NCBI RefSeq assembly: GCF_018350175.1
Contig: NC_058368.1
Coordinates: 77,564,001 to 77,628,000, forward strand
Length of the DNA: 64,000 bases
Direction: 5' to 3'
Source: Felis catus
Lineage: Eukaryota
Below, in pieces: positions 50,436 to 63,812 of this stretch. The notes under the pieces are model-generated. The model worked only from the letters and a program-made list of their open reading frames with translations. It was not told where the DNA came from and searched no databases. A program made the position numbers and the translations under genes. Positions within the stretch are counted from its first letter, which is position 1, and the number at the start of each line of letters is the position of its first letter.

Positions 50436-51294
50436 TGGGTTCCCCTTCTCCCTTTCTTTTATTTTTATTAAAGAGGAGTAAGGCCTAGCAGGAAAGCAAC
50501 TTTGTAAGGACTACAAATGGGAAGCAAATCTGAGATTAGCACCTCGTATTCGTGACAGCCGGCATGGGTCCTTGGGAAGGAGAACATAGAATAATCCGTG
50601 ATACAGATTTCCAGCAGGGAAGCGGACCCCAGGCCAGGTTGAAGGTCCCAAAATGGAATGGATATGAGAAAAAGAATTCAAATCCCAATTCCATTAGAGT
50701 CTCAACTTGCAAGACTGGGGTCCTGACCAAACCCTAACTCATTGCCCTCCACCGCTGGAAGATCAGACCTCAACGCGGTCAGAGCTCACTGGTCCAGTGG
50801 CATTCCTGAACCGGACCAAATCCAGGAGGTTGTCCACGTTTCCAGGGCTAACTCATCTGACTGTAAAAGATCCTCCTACCAGACCTTTCTACACATCAAC
50901 CTTGTCTTTGAAACTGCCACAAGAGGGCAACACGACCATTTTTTTTTTTTTTTAACATGCCGATTTAGTCGGATTCACCACACAGAAGCACTTAGTTTCA
51001 ATTCATAAAAGCCAAGGAAATCTGACGGAGCATGGTAGAAGGTTAAGATTATCAGTCAAAAACAATACTCTATTTAAGGCAATTTCTATTTGTTTAAAAT
51101 ATTTATGAAAAATAGATTGTACATGATGATCAAAATTTTAAACGTCATAGTTATTACTGAAAATGAAACAATGTTTTTCCTCTTACCACCTACAAAATCC
51201 ATTTGGGATGTTTTCTTCTCTATGAAAATATGAAAATATTCACTTTCCTGACTTTCCAATATTTCTTTAATTAGCATGTTTACCATGTTATTAT

Positions 51295-52137
51295 CTTTTT
51301 AAAATTTATTTATTTAAATTCCAGTTGGTTAACATACAATGTAGTATTGGTTTCAGGACTAGAACCCAGTGATTCATCACTTACCTATAAAACCCAGTGC
51401 TCATCCCAACAAGTGTCCTCCTCTTAATCCCCATCACCCATTTAGCCTATCCTCCCACCCACCTCCCCTCCAGCAACCCTCAGTTTGTTCTCTGTATTTA
51501 AGAGTCTCTTATGGTTTGTCTCCCTTTCTGTTTATCTTATTTTTCTGTATCTTATTTCTAAGATACGTTCATCTGTTTTGTCTCTTAAATTCCACATGAG
51601 TGAAATCATATGATGTTTGTCTTTCTCTGGCTGATTAATTTCGCTTAGTATAATACACTTGAGCTCCCTCCACGTTGTTGCGAATGGCAAGATTTCATTC
51701 TTTTTGATTGTCAAGTAGTATTCCATCGTATATACATACACCACATCTTCTTAATCCATTCACCAGTCGATGGACATTTAGGCTCTTTCCATAATTTGGC
51801 TATTGTTGATAGCACTGCTATAAACATTGGGGTTCACGTGTCCCTTCAAATCAGCATTTCTGTATCCTTTGGGTAAATACCTGCAGTGCAATTTCTGGGT
51901 TGTAGGGCAGTCCTATTTTTAACTTTTTGAGAAACCTTCACACTGTTCTCCAGAGCGGCTGCACCAGTTTGCGTTCCCACCAACAGTGCAAGAGGGTTTC
52001 CCTTTCTCTGCACCCTCGCCAATATCTGTTCTTTCTTGCCTTGTTAATTTTAGCCACTCGGACAGGTGTGAGGTGGTATCTTATCCTGGTTTTGATTTGC
52101 ATTTCCCTGATGATGAGTGATATTGAGCACCTTTCCA
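51295..52137 (-). mobile_element. Carnivore L1, 5'-truncated (ORF2 C-terminus plus 3' UTR)
   Basis: ORFs give [31 protein letters not shown] and MEYY..IKKNEILPFATTW. Confidence 0.95.
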
Positions 52138-53569
52138 TTTAACAATTCCATGTTTTTGATAGTGAATTGTTCCGGACAGAATGTACCATGGAGGGACGAT
52201 TCAAGCAAAGGTATTCAAGCGAAGGGAAGCATGGTGTGTTCTTGGGAAGGTAACTGGTCCAGGTTGACTACAGCACAAGGACTTGCATAGGATAACAGGA
52301 AGCAAAGGGGACACTGGTGGATTTCATAATACACATTCTTTACAATGATAAAACAACATTAATGAAGCAGCTTATGCTTGGGAAAAGCATTTTGCAATCA
52401 TCATGGGATTGCTCGCAGAAATACTGACTGAGACGCTAGAAGTTACCCCAATCTTTTGGAAACAGAAACTGGGGCTTTGCCCTAATTCCAGAAGGTCAAT
52501 AAAAGAGAATTTGTGGCCTAAATTTTTTGCTGATTTATTCTCTGAGATAATACGACTATTTTGATGCAATGAGAAATTATTTTTATGTATCATCTTACTT
52601 TCGTAACTGAAGTGGTATTCTCCGCCGAGGGGCAGAATTTTTGAAAGATTGCTTCTGACAGCCTCTAACGATATATACGGTTCAACTATGTTTTCTTTAG
52701 TTTTACAGGAAAAAAAGTGTGCATGCATATATCCAATTGCATTAAGTTTGATAGAATAAATGTGGCACATTTAAAATTTTAGCAATTATGATTCTAGGAA
52801 TAAGAATGAGCACACTGTGTAACTAAGACGGGCTGTGACATCACATGTGTGTGCTTAACTTTCAAGTACGTGGTTTCAAAAATATAATCTTCTTACCTAA
52901 CCATATCCAAGTATGCAAGCCGCACTGACATTTTCTATTTGACCAAGCCAATGAAGATAAATTGGAAATTCTTTCAGTATTTTTCATGTTCTCAGAGAGT
53001 AAATCTGGGAAACATTGGGTCACGTTCCACAAAACTATCATTGTTTATGAAAATGTATATTAAGGAAGAAAACATTCCAAAAAGTACCTATCATGTAGGT
53101 GATCAGTAAATATCTTCTCTTTCTGGCTTGTCCAGTTTCCGTGATTAACTGCTTCATATTTTCCATCATTAATTGAAAAAATATATAGAACAATAGGACT
53201 ATATGCAAATTGAGTTAAGCTTCAATTTTAAATTTTTAATAGTTTGGTATTCCAATAATTTTTTAATATAAGAACTCTATAAAGAAAAGAATGAACAAAA
53301 AAAGTAGCTCCATGTTTGAGGAAAGGGTCAACACAGAATATTATTCCCTTTTCCTGATAAATATTCACAGCAAACAGAGAAGAAAAGAATGTTCTAGAGA
53401 CTGCTCGGAAAAGATATATCACACTGAGGTAGGGAGAGGAACTGGGAACGTGGAAAACTAGTGGATAGCCAGGCTCCAAGATGACCTCAAGGATCCTTCC
53501 TGATATTCATACCCTCGTGGGCACACCTTACCCCTGCCCACATATAGAAGAACTTTCACTTTCTTAGTA

Positions 53570-53664
53570 GTTTTTCTTTTCTCTTTTCTTTTCTTTTCTT
53601 TTCTTTTCTTTTCTTTTCTTTTCTTTTCTTTCTTTGTTTCTTTCTTCCCTTCCTTCTTTCCTTT

Positions 53665-53721
<57 letters not shown>

Positions 53722-53743
53722 TTTCTTTCCTTCTTTCTCTTTC
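53570..53743. repeat. (TTTTC)n/(TTTC)n compound repeat
   Basis: Direct reading. Confidence 0.95.
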
Positions 53744-53754
53744 TAAAGGCAATT

Positions 53755-53885
53755 AGCATGTATTCATGTAAGCATCTCAAAAGCAGCAACTTTGCCTACC
53801 TTGTTTATCTCTGTATTCCCATGCCTGGAAAAGTACCTGGCACAGACCAGGTTCTCAATAAACATTTGTTGAATAAACCAAATGA
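53755..53885 (+). mobile_element. L2 3' end
   Basis: cctggcacag..ctcaataaacatttgttgaat. Confidence 0.75.
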
Positions 53886-55507
53886 GTAATTGTTTCAATT
53901 ACAAGAGTGCCACTGGTCCCACATACAAACCAGAAGAACTTGCAAATATAATCAGCCACCTTCTGTCTTCAAGGAGTTTGTGAAAACTGTAATGTAACAG
54001 AGTCCACAAATTATGTCCAATATTTCAAAACTACCTTAGCTCCTGCCTACAATAAGGTAGCCTATAAATACATCAAATGTTCCAAAACCCTAAACAAGAG
54101 AGTTTATTTACCAATGATAGAACTGTAACCCACAGCTGCCACACGGGAAAGGCGGATAACAATTTCCCTACTTTATCACATATGCTCTAGATAAAAAATG
54201 AAGAGAATCACACAGTCGAGAAGATTGATTACACTGTAAAGCCATGGTCACTGACCTCAGCCATCTCTAGATACCGAGCAATCGTTCTGTGTTTCCCTTG
54301 TCAGCTTCCTCCTGTTCAGCACAGTGATGGCTGCAAAACCTCCTTTACTCTCCCAGCCACGTAATACCAGCCAATGTCTCTGTTCTGTCTCCCAGCCAAT
54401 TAAGTCACTCTGCCTCCCAGTCAGCAAAGAACACAAAAACCATAGAAAGCAATTCACTCTTCCCGCAGTGAGCCCACTCATTGTCCCTCCCATTGAGAAG
54501 GGAAAGGGGCCTCCTGGCCTGGGGTCTGTCCCCTCCCACCTCCTTAGGACCTGGCGCTTATCAGAAACCAGGGCTGGGACTGCTACCAGGTGATCCTCAC
54601 CTATGTCCCTCTTCCTTCCTAACAAGGCTTAGATGAGCCCAGGAACCTTGGCAGATGTGCAAGGGCGAGAAGGAGACCCCTCCACGTCTGCACTTGGGAG
54701 TGGCTCAGTAACCAGGTCCCCTCCTGAGTCACAATGTCCCCTGTGCCTGCATCCCCGAAGGGGGTGGGGGAGAAACTGAATGCATGCACTTCGTTCCTTC
54801 ACTTGACAGGGGTCTTCTCAGTGGGTCATAGAAATAAAAGGGATTCCAGAGGCTTATACGGACAAGAAAGAGCCTGGAAGAGAGAGGGAGAATGGCAGGA
54901 CCTTTTCCCTCACCCAGGGCCCTGGCATAGAATGCCCCGAGCGATAGACAGGCATCTGCGTATTTTCAAAATAGTCTAGCCGATCAGACTACTTTTTCAA
55001 TAGCTACACATACATCACTTGAGAAACGAGGCCAGCAACGGACACAGTTTTTGCGTGCTCGTATTCCCTTCCCCAAACAGCCTTTTCTCCTCTCTCACTG
55101 TTCTACCTTTTACCAGATATGATTTCTTCCCTTAGAATGTATCTCCTCACTCTTCCTGCTTTTCTTCTGTGGCCACCTCAGAGTTTGAATGGACTTGAAC
55201 TGCAATTTAAATGCAATGCAATTTAAATTTAAAATGCAATAGACTGTAAGTTCCGGGCTGCCGTGCAAGTTCAAAGGTACAACGGTTTTTGTTTTATGCT
55301 CTCTACGGCGCTACAGAGAATGCTGAAAATAACTTTTCCCCCAAGAGTAAACCAAGGGGTTCTTACAGATTTGAATAATGCCAGGAAGTATTGGATTTAT
55401 ATACTTGAGAGATACACAGCAGTGAATGGTAGTTTTATCATGTATCTGCTCCTTAACAGGTTATAGCTCCAATTTTTATATATATCTTCAATTTTTCAAC
55501 CTGTTGA

Positions 55508-55508
55508 T

Positions 55509-55564
<56 letters not shown>

Positions 55565-55630
55565 GTATATATGTTTATATAGTGTATATGACCAATTTTT
55601 ATCTGTAAATATATATATGTATGTTTATAA
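55508..55630. repeat. (CA)n(TA)n compound microsatellite
   Basis: Direct reading. Confidence 0.9.
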
Positions 55631-55949
55631 AACTACATGTTCAGATTAAACACATGTGGACATATCCCACCAAGTGCTTCTGAACACTCTGAAATAAAAT
55701 CCATTTGTAAACTTTATTCTGAGAATAAAACTCTGAGGATTGTGACATTTTTCTAGCCACAAACACTCTGAGAAACTAGCACAAATTCTGGTTCAAAGTG
55801 ACACAACATTTAGCTGAGCATTTAGAAACTTGGAAATTCATTTGCATTACTGTCAGTGCTAATGTTGAAAAATACACGTAAGGACAGAATAAAGAATACC
55901 TAATTAACCTTATAAGAAACTTCAGGTAACAAATACATTTTTTCCCAAA

Positions 55950-56163
55950 TTAAAAAAAATTTGTTAATGTTTATTCATTTTTAAGAGAGAGAGACAGAGC
56001 ACGAGCAAGGGAGGAATGGAGAAAGAGGGAGACACAGAATCGGAAGCAGGCTCCAGGCTCTGAGCCGTCAGCACGTAGCCCGACGGGGGGCTCGAACCCA
56101 CGAACCCTCAGATCATGACCTGAGCCGAAGTAGGACGCTTAACTGACTGAGCCACCCAGGCAC
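55950..56163 (-). mobile_element. Felid Can-SINE
   Basis: Full length. Confidence 0.95.
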
Positions 56164-56169
56164 CTTCCA

Positions 56170-56323
56170 ATTTTTTTTTTTAACATTTATTTATTTTTGA
56201 GAGAGAGCGACAGCATGAGTGCTGACAGCAGAGCCCAGCTCAGGGCTCGAACTCATGAACTACGAGATCATGATCTGAGCCAAAGTCGGAGACTTCAGCC
56301 AACTGAGCCACCCAAGTGACCCC
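56170..56323 (-). mobile_element. Internally deleted Can-SINE in tandem
   Basis: Head and tail present, middle missing. Confidence 0.85.
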
Positions 56324-57464
56324 CAAATCTTTAATATTGTTGCAAAGTAGCATAAGAGAGATTGACTCTTTTTTAAATGCAAGTTCTTTGAAGAAAAACA
56401 AAGAGTGTATTGATAATCTTGAAACACGGGAAAATCAAGGCTTAATATTTTAAATGGAAATTAAAATTAAGATCACATTAATTTAGGATGCTTTGATTCT
56501 GGGTAGCATTTTGGCCCAAGTCATGATCACCACTGTGGGTTGATAAGTCACTGCTAATACAACTTGGTATTGTATGCTGAAGGAATAATTGTTTTGCTAG
56601 GTAACTTACAGGGCCTCTTGAAGAGAAATTATTTTATCTTTATAGACCACCTTGTGTGTTAAAAATTATTTTAAATAGAGTTGGAAGGTACACAGCTCAA
56701 AAAATCACTTTATGTTCTGTTCAGCGATAACCCAGAAATAACCATAGTAGTAGGCTGTTAATTAATTATAGCTTCTCTTATCACCAAGGAAACGGACAAA
56801 AACAAATCACAGTGACTTTAAATGTCCTAGTCCCAACCCAGGCCTGATTTGGTTATTGCTATAGTAACTCTCCATTAGTTGCTCTAGGATTTCTGTGTTT
56901 CCACAAAGCCGAAAGGACAATTTGCTGATATGCGGTTTTCCCTCTCTGAATATGTTTCAACGTTCATGGAACGTTCTAAGAATGTCAGGTCTGAGGAGCA
57001 AGTTGGGGAGAAGGGAAGGGAAGAAACGTGGGGAGTGTCTGCCCTCAAAGCCTGGCCATCCGGTGGGCACTGTCGCTCTGGGCTCACTGGAAACTGCCTA
57101 GAGAATTCTCTCTCCTCTTCCCCACACCTCACCCAAGAAACCTCCTTTTCTGATAACTGTTCCATTTCATTCAACACCTGCTCAGAGCTAATTAAACCTT
57201 CCAATAAATGACATGCCTTAAGACAACCTATCACAGAACACACTTCTATTTAGAGAGAACTGATGGACCACGAAGATCACAAGTGCTTTGTACTCAAGGC
57301 TGAAATGAAAAGTCTCTCTCTTTAATCAGTGGGACATACAGATGCCCCAAATGCCAAGACAGAGGTGAATAAATGCTCTATCCTAAAGACCCACACTTAC
57401 CTCTGCGTTTATTATAAACTCCTTTTAAGTTTCAAGAAAACAAAGTTACACACATACCAAGACT

Positions 57465-57684
57465 TAAAAAAAATTTTTTTAAATGTTTATTTATTTTTGA
57501 GAGAGAGGAAAGGGAGAGTGCGAACGGAGGAGGGGCAGGCAGAGAGGGAGACACAGAATCCCAAGCAGGTTCCAGGCTCTGAGCTGTCAGCACAGAACCC
57601 GACACAAGGCTCGAACCCATGAATTGTGAGATCATGACCTGAGCCGAAGTTGGACGCTTAACCAACTGAGCTACCCAGGCGCCC
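57465..57684 (-). mobile_element. Felid Can-SINE
   Basis: Full length. Confidence 0.95.
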
Positions 57685-58769
57685 CAAGAATTTTTTTTAA
57701 TGACAGAGATGGCCTTTCCCCACCCCACCCCCCTGATGCTGAGAAAGGAATAGATTCTTCTGTAGTTTGTAAATCAGTACATTCAGTACTAATTTGTTAC
57801 GTCAGTACGTGTGGTATTTCTGAGTTGTTACCTACTAAAATAAGCATTTTTAGGAAGCGTTTGTATTTTTAATGTTCCTGGTTCTACAGTTAAAATTACC
57901 ATAGCCTGAAAAATTCTAACTTTCTCAGCCTTTATCAGATTTTTGCATGCTGGAAAACTTATGTTTCCTTTAAAGTTGTATGTTTTCAAACCCTGGTTAT
58001 TTATTTATGTGACGGTGATTACCAAAAAAAGAAAAACACAAAGCTACATAAACAGGTGGCCTTCAGAAAAAAAAATCTTACACGAGGAGGAAGGAAGGAA
58101 GTTTGACTTGACGGTCTTCACCAATGAAACATAAAACTTGAGTGCATGTTTACACGGAAGGGAGACATACAAGTATTAATTTAAGGTAGTTCTGAAGCAT
58201 CAAAAGAGGATGCACCGTCCTGAATTTCTCTTCCCCCGAAATTCCCCCCACGCTCCTTTCAGTACAAGAGACACGGGTTGTTATTTTGTTGAGGGAGTGC
58301 TCTCCAGAAACAAAGAAAACAGAATATTCCATCTCTGAAAAAAAAAAAAAAGAAACGGATTTTGTCAAAAAATGGGGATTGAAAAGTGGATGCATGGCAG
58401 TGGTACCGGTTGAGTCCGCTGCCATTATGTCTATATTTTAAAAAGGTTTTATTCTAGAGGGAAATGAGGCTTGAAGAAGAAAAGGAAGAAAGGAGAGCGG
58501 GAGCCTTAGTCCTTTCTGCCTCTCCACGACCGAGTTCTGAGTGGAAGGGCTGGAGGGAGAGATGCTGGGGATCTGTGAAGAGTTTATGGGAGGTCTGTCA
58601 GTGGGAACTTTTATGAGCTGTTTCCCAGCCAAGTTCCTGTGGATGACACCAGATCCAGCAGGCACAGGAGAATGGGAGTGCTCATACTTCTCATCCTAGT
58701 GCTTTGTTCCTTTGGGTACCTACGCTCCACACTGCTGGAATATTCCTCAGCCATCTCTGGTGCTGTAGT

Positions 58770-59710
58770 ACCACTTAAATCCCCATCCTTGGACTCTTCC
58801 CTAAATCCATCGCTGCTATTTGAACTGTATCTCCAACTTTATCTCCGCTCCCTACCACTGGCTGCTGGTCCTTCCTTAGAACCCTCTCAGAACTTGGCAC
58901 CACCATTCACAGGAGAGCACAGGTGAAAAAACCGAGGAGGCATCCATATTTCCTTTTCTTCTACTTCTTACCTAATCCATGAACGGATTATTCTGCCTTC
59001 TTACAGTGGGACCAGCCAAGCTCAAGCCACCATCATCTCTTGCTAGCTTCTGCAACTGCATTCTCACTCACTTCCCTGTGGCCCCCCATCCCCTCTAGAG
59101 TATTTTCTGCCCAAAGCAGCTCCAGTGATGGGTCCCAAACCTTCCTTAATCAGATCATGTTACTCTTCAACCCAATCCGTTCTGGTGGTGGCTTACCTTG
59201 CAATGCATTCAGAATTAGGCGCAACCTCTTTGTCGAAGGTTGTGAGCCCCCAATAATCCAGACCCTGATTCTTCAACATCCAACCTATCTCTGCCTTGCC
59301 AATTCCCTAGTAGCCACACTGGTCTTCTCCTTGGTTCTCAAATATTCCAAACGATTCCTTCCTTTCTCAAGGCCATTGCCCGTTCCTTTCTCACCACCTA
59401 AAATTATTTTTACATTTAGATCTTTATGCAAATGTCATTTCCTCAAAGAGCTCATCTTTGACCACTGTACTTACAGTGGCCTGCCCCTCTTCACATCCAA
59501 CTTCTTACCCTACTTTCTATCACAGTGTTATCGCGCCTTGAAATCACATTGGATATTCATTCATTTGCTTTCTACCTCCCCTTTTGAGACACACACTCTA
59601 TAAAGGCAGAAGCTTTCTTTTTTTTCCACATGTATACTTAGCACTTAGAACAGTGCCCGGCGCAAAACAGGAGTGTCACAGATAGCTTCTGGGGAAATGA
59701 ATAAAAACAA
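58770..59710 (+). mobile_element. L2 3' fragment (about 0.9 kb)
   Basis: caagccaccatcatctct, cagatcatgttactc, gcacttagaacagtgcccggc motifs; explains ORF 59040-59603. Confidence 0.8.
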
Positions 59711-59975
59711 AACAATGATATGGTACCTCTAGGAATGGGCAGGGCCTCTAATCATCCTCCCCCTAACAAAAGAAACATTTTTCTATCCAGCCAATCACTG
59801 TTTATGATGAAAAACTAAACTGGAGGACTACATAAACAGTTAACCCAATTCAGAGTCTATCTGAATTATTAGAAATTTAAAAACTGTAACTCTGTCAAAT
59901 GCATGACACAAGTGGAGTTTTATAACAATTTGAAAAAAATAATTTAATAAATAAAACCATAATTTATCGATTGTA

Positions 59976-60216
59976 CGGTAAAACCTTGGATTGCGAGTAA
60001 CTTGTTCTGTACTTTTTCCGCAAGCTAGGCAAACATTTCTAATAAATTTTAACTTGATAAGCAAGTGATGTCTTGCAATAGGAGTAGTACGTGTCGCTGA
60101 ACATCTCATGATTACAACTAAGCCAATGGTTCTTGAAATTCACTTTGATATACAAGTGCTTTGGATCACAAGTACGTTTCCGGAATGAATTACGCCCGCA
60201 AACCAAGGTTTTACTG
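59976..60216. mobile_element. Complete Tigger-family MITE (241 bp)
   Basis: Terminal inverted repeats c(g/a)gtaaaaccttgg(a/t)ttgcg and TA on both sides. Confidence 0.9.
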
Positions 60217-60253
60217 TATTTACAATGTCATTTTTTGCTAAAAGATTAGTACA

Positions 60254-60353
60254 TTCATGATAGTTATGAAATAATAATGTCCAATTCTTCATTATTTTAC
60301 TTTATGACAGTTATGAAAGTATAATGCCTAATACTTCATCATTTTACTTCATG
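60254..60353. repeat. Diverged 47-bp tandem duplication
   Basis: Units 60254-60300 and 60301-60347. Confidence 0.85.
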
Positions 60354-60831
60354 CCACTAAAAGAAATTCATTTAATACCATTAACATTGTCACTTTCTAT
60401 AATTTGCAATGAATGGTTTATAATCTTGGGTTCTTGGAAACATTAGCTTATCACATAGGAAATGAGATATCCATTAGGTATTTTAGATAAACTCAGAACC
60501 GTTGTTCTACTTGGTTTACTGTTGCTCTAAAAGTTTTCTGGGCGACATGTTCCCAGAAAAAGGAAGGGGACCATGGATTCGAAATATGAGACTTACTAAA
60601 AAGAATATTCAAATTTGTGACACTTTATGTGCGAAAGCGTGAAGCCATTTTACAATGATGACCTAGTTGGTAACACACACGGTGATATACACATGATATG
60701 AACACAGCTTACGCATGGGACACACACGCTGGCACGTAGTGACATAAATGGTGACTTAAAAGGAACAATCAGGCTTGAATAGTTGTATTAACAGCCAGTA
60801 CAAGAAGAGGAGCTTGGCCAAATATTCTTGC

Positions 60832-61150
60832 TGTCTTGGTCTGTTCAGGCTGCTCTAACAGAATACAACAGAAATTTATTTCTCAGTGTTCTGAAGGCTG
60901 CGGGGTCCAAGACGAAGGCACAGGCAGATTTGGGGTCTGTTCCTCTTCCTGGTTCATAGTCCTTCCTTGTCCTCACAAGGTGGAAGGATCTAGGGAGCTC
61001 TGTGGGGTCTCTTTTATAAGACCACCAATCCCATTCATGAGGCCCCCACCCTCATGACCTAAGTAAGTACTTCCCAAAGGCCCCATCTCCTGTTACCATC
61101 ACCTTGGGGTTTAGATTTCAGCATAGGAAGTTTGAAGAGACATAATATGA
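60832..61150 (-). mobile_element. MLT1A-like MaLR LTR
   Basis: tgtcttggtctgttcaggctgct...ccaatcccattcatgagg...cccaaaggcccca. Confidence 0.85.
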
Positions 61151-61194
61151 TTTGGAATCATATAACCCTATCTTCTTCAATGTGTTTTACTTCT

Positions 61195-61600
61195 TAACTT
61201 TTTATCATTTTAATTTTGAAATAATTTTAGCCTTAGAGAAGAGTTGCAAAGATAGTTCAAAGAATTCCCATGTAGCCTTCACCCAGCTTCTCCTAATATT
61301 AACATCTTGTGTAGTCATGGTTTAATTATCAGAATTAAGAATTAGCATCAGTGCAACCCTATTAACTAAACAGCAGTCCTTCCTTTTCCCCCAGTGTCTT
61401 TGTTATGTCAGGAAGGAATTCAAGACCTCACACTGTTTTAATTGTGCCCCTGCTGAGTGTCCTCCAACCTGTGACCATTCCTTTGTCTTTTCCTTTTCTT
61501 CCTGACTCTGACACTTTTGGAGAATACCAGTCAGCTGGCCAGTGTCATCTGATGTTGAGTTCAATCTTCTTTTCCCCCTGACCTGTTCTTCCCTTACATG
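61195..61600 (-). mobile_element. L1MB-like 3' end
   Basis: aattttgaaataattttag..agaagagttgcaaagatag...cttcacccagcttc. Confidence 0.75.
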
Positions 61601-62264
61601 ATTCGTCATCAGCTTGGGGCGAAATGACTCATGTTAGCTCTGCTTTAGGGAATAAACACGGATGTGAGACACACAGCAGAAAGCTGGGACACGAAGAAGC
61701 GATTGCAAGATCCTCAGAGATAGCAGCCCTAGAGGTCCATGCTGCAGCTGCCAATGAGAGAGGAGAGGGGAGAGGCAACACCAGGACTGATATTTGGGGC
61801 ATCCAAGCTCTTCGTAGACTTCCTCCATCTTGAAACATTTTGGGACCTCATTAAACCATAAGGATCCTTTTCAGCACATGTCCACAAGACGTCTACAGTT
61901 TAAAAAAATGTATACCTCAATAATCAGCAACAGTAGCTGAGGGTATTATGTGATCCCTGCTATTGAACACACAACTTTAGGAATAAAATGGAAAAATCAT
62001 TTGGTGACCCTTTTCTCCATCTGGTGTTCTACCAACCTGGTTAGAGTTGGACATGCTGAGTCAATTTATTCACTCTGGGTATTTAACATTTAAGATTAAT
62101 TTCCTTTTGATCTCCCTTTCTTTTAATTCTGAAACTATCAGATTTTGAAGTTCAACATGCTCCAAGGCTCTACACTTTAAAAAAAAAAAAACGGAAGTCC
62201 TCAACTTCTATGTAGATAATAATCAATGTTATCTCCTTGTTATGCTTAAGAATATTTTATGGGA

Positions 62265-62485
62265 GGGGCGCCTGGGTGGCGCAGTCGGTTAAGCGTTCGA
62301 CTTCAGCCAGGTCACGATCTCGCGGTCCGTGAGTTCGAGCCCCGCATAGGGCTCTGGGCTGATGGCTCGGAGCCTGGAGCCTGTTTCCGATTCTGTGTCT
62401 CCCTCTCTCTCTGCCCCTCCCCCGTTCATGCTCTGTCTCTCTCTGTCCCAAAAATAAATAAACATTGAAAAAAAATTTTTTTTAA
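62265..62485 (+). mobile_element. Young SINEC_Fc-type SINE
   Basis: Perfect 17-bp TSD aagaatattttatggga; CpGs largely intact. Confidence 0.95.
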
Positions 62486-62704
62486 AAGAATATTTTATGG
62501 GAGATAGCAATCAGATCTTGGGAATAAAAGTCCAATTCCCTTGCACTAGGAGAATAATTTACCTGACAACATTTGCTCTTATTCCCAGAGGCAACAACAA
62601 ACCAAGGCACTTAAGCGTAGTCAAATTTAAGAAATGGGGAAAAAAAGCTTTTGAAAACTGAGTAACTTGTAAAATTAGGAATTAATTCTAAAAATTACAA
62701 ATAT

Positions 62705-62816
62705 GGGCACTTGGCTGGCTTAGTCAGTTGAGCATACGACTCTTGATCTCAGGGTTTTGAGTTCGAGTCCCACGTTCGGTGTAGAGATCACTTAAAAAAT
62801 AAAATCTTAAAAAAAT
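62705..62816 (+). mobile_element. Short old Can-SINE (tRNA head only)
   Basis: TSD aaaattacaaata; no CT-rich linker. Confidence 0.85.
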
Positions 62817-63398
62817 AAAAATTACAAATAAGTTATTTACCTAAGTGAAAGATAAATTGGTTGGCTCATTTCTAATGCATTCCCTAGGGCAGGTAGGTGT
62901 TATTTGCCTTATAAATTCAAGTTAAATGCAATTTAAAAATTAAAAGCACTGTTTTAAACCAAATGCCTCTACACCTCAGATGTCTATGTGCCTCTTGAGA
63001 AGACTAGATTTGGCCTCTCATATTACTTTTTAGGAAATCTGGGAATTTAGTGCCAGAGCCATTATATAATTATTACATTTTTGAAGAAGTAAGTTATTCT
63101 TCTGAAATTTTATTCGGAGTGAGAACAACTTGTTGTTTCCCTTTTTTGCCCTCTAACTCATATCCCTTTATAGTGACTGAAATGAAATAATAACTCTTCC
63201 CAAATTAGAAGTGACCCCATTATAATTTAAATAAGTGAAATCAAGCAAGGCATATTTTTTAATCAGATATATGAGCTTTTATTTGTGAGTATCCAACATT
63301 GATTTTTTTCAATCAACTTTTCTCTTCCTGAGTGCAATTTTATGAACAACAAAACTAGCTGGATCAGAGCCATGAAAGAAAAGGTTAAGAAACATGTC

Positions 63399-63520
63399 TT
63401 CATCCACATGATTCGAAGATGAAAATAAGCCAAATCAATGAAGAATTTCATATGGAAAATTCATCCACATGATTCGAAGATGAAAATAAGCCAAATCAAT
63501 GAAGAATTTCATATGGAAAA
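63399..63520. repeat. Perfect 61-bp tandem duplication
   Basis: 63399-63459 is identical to 63460-63520. Confidence 0.95.
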
Positions 63521-63584
63521 TACGTTCCCCTTTCTTTCTAAGGTGTGATGTGACAAGTATCTTACTTCCCAATGATTCCACCTT

Positions 63585-63812
63585 TAGGATTGGGAGTCAG
63601 GCTCCCTGGGTCTGAATCTCAGTCCTACACTCCACTGTGGGACTTTGGGCAAGCCAAGTATTCCCTATAAATCTGTTTCTCCATCTGTAGAAAGCAGATG
63701 ATAATATCCATACCTACCTTATATGGTTATAAAAATTAAATTACATAATCAGAGTAAAGTGGTGAACATAGTTCTGGCACATATTAAGAAGTAATGAAAT
63801 GTTAGCTATTAC
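63585..63812 (+). mobile_element. MIR
   Basis: gggtctgaatctcag...gactttgggcaag...tgtttctccatctgta. Confidence 0.75.

Noticed and set aside
52372..52770. 132-aa ATG ORF in unique DNA
   Set aside because: No recognisable homology, splice context or partner exons; I cannot support it as coding.
54260..54730. Possible old ERVL-type LTR (also 17120-17460)
   Set aside because: Composition is suggestive, but I could not match a family or define ends.
59040..59603. Longest ORF in the window (187 aa)
   Set aside because: Non-ATG start, lies within an L2 fragment, no recognisable protein.
62705..62790. tRNA gene
   Set aside because: tRNA-like head followed by an A tail and flanked by a TSD, so a SINE.
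63399..63520. CRISPR-like or other prokaryotic array
   Set aside because: Two abutting copies with no spacers in mammalian DNA; no prokaryotic features anywhere in the window.
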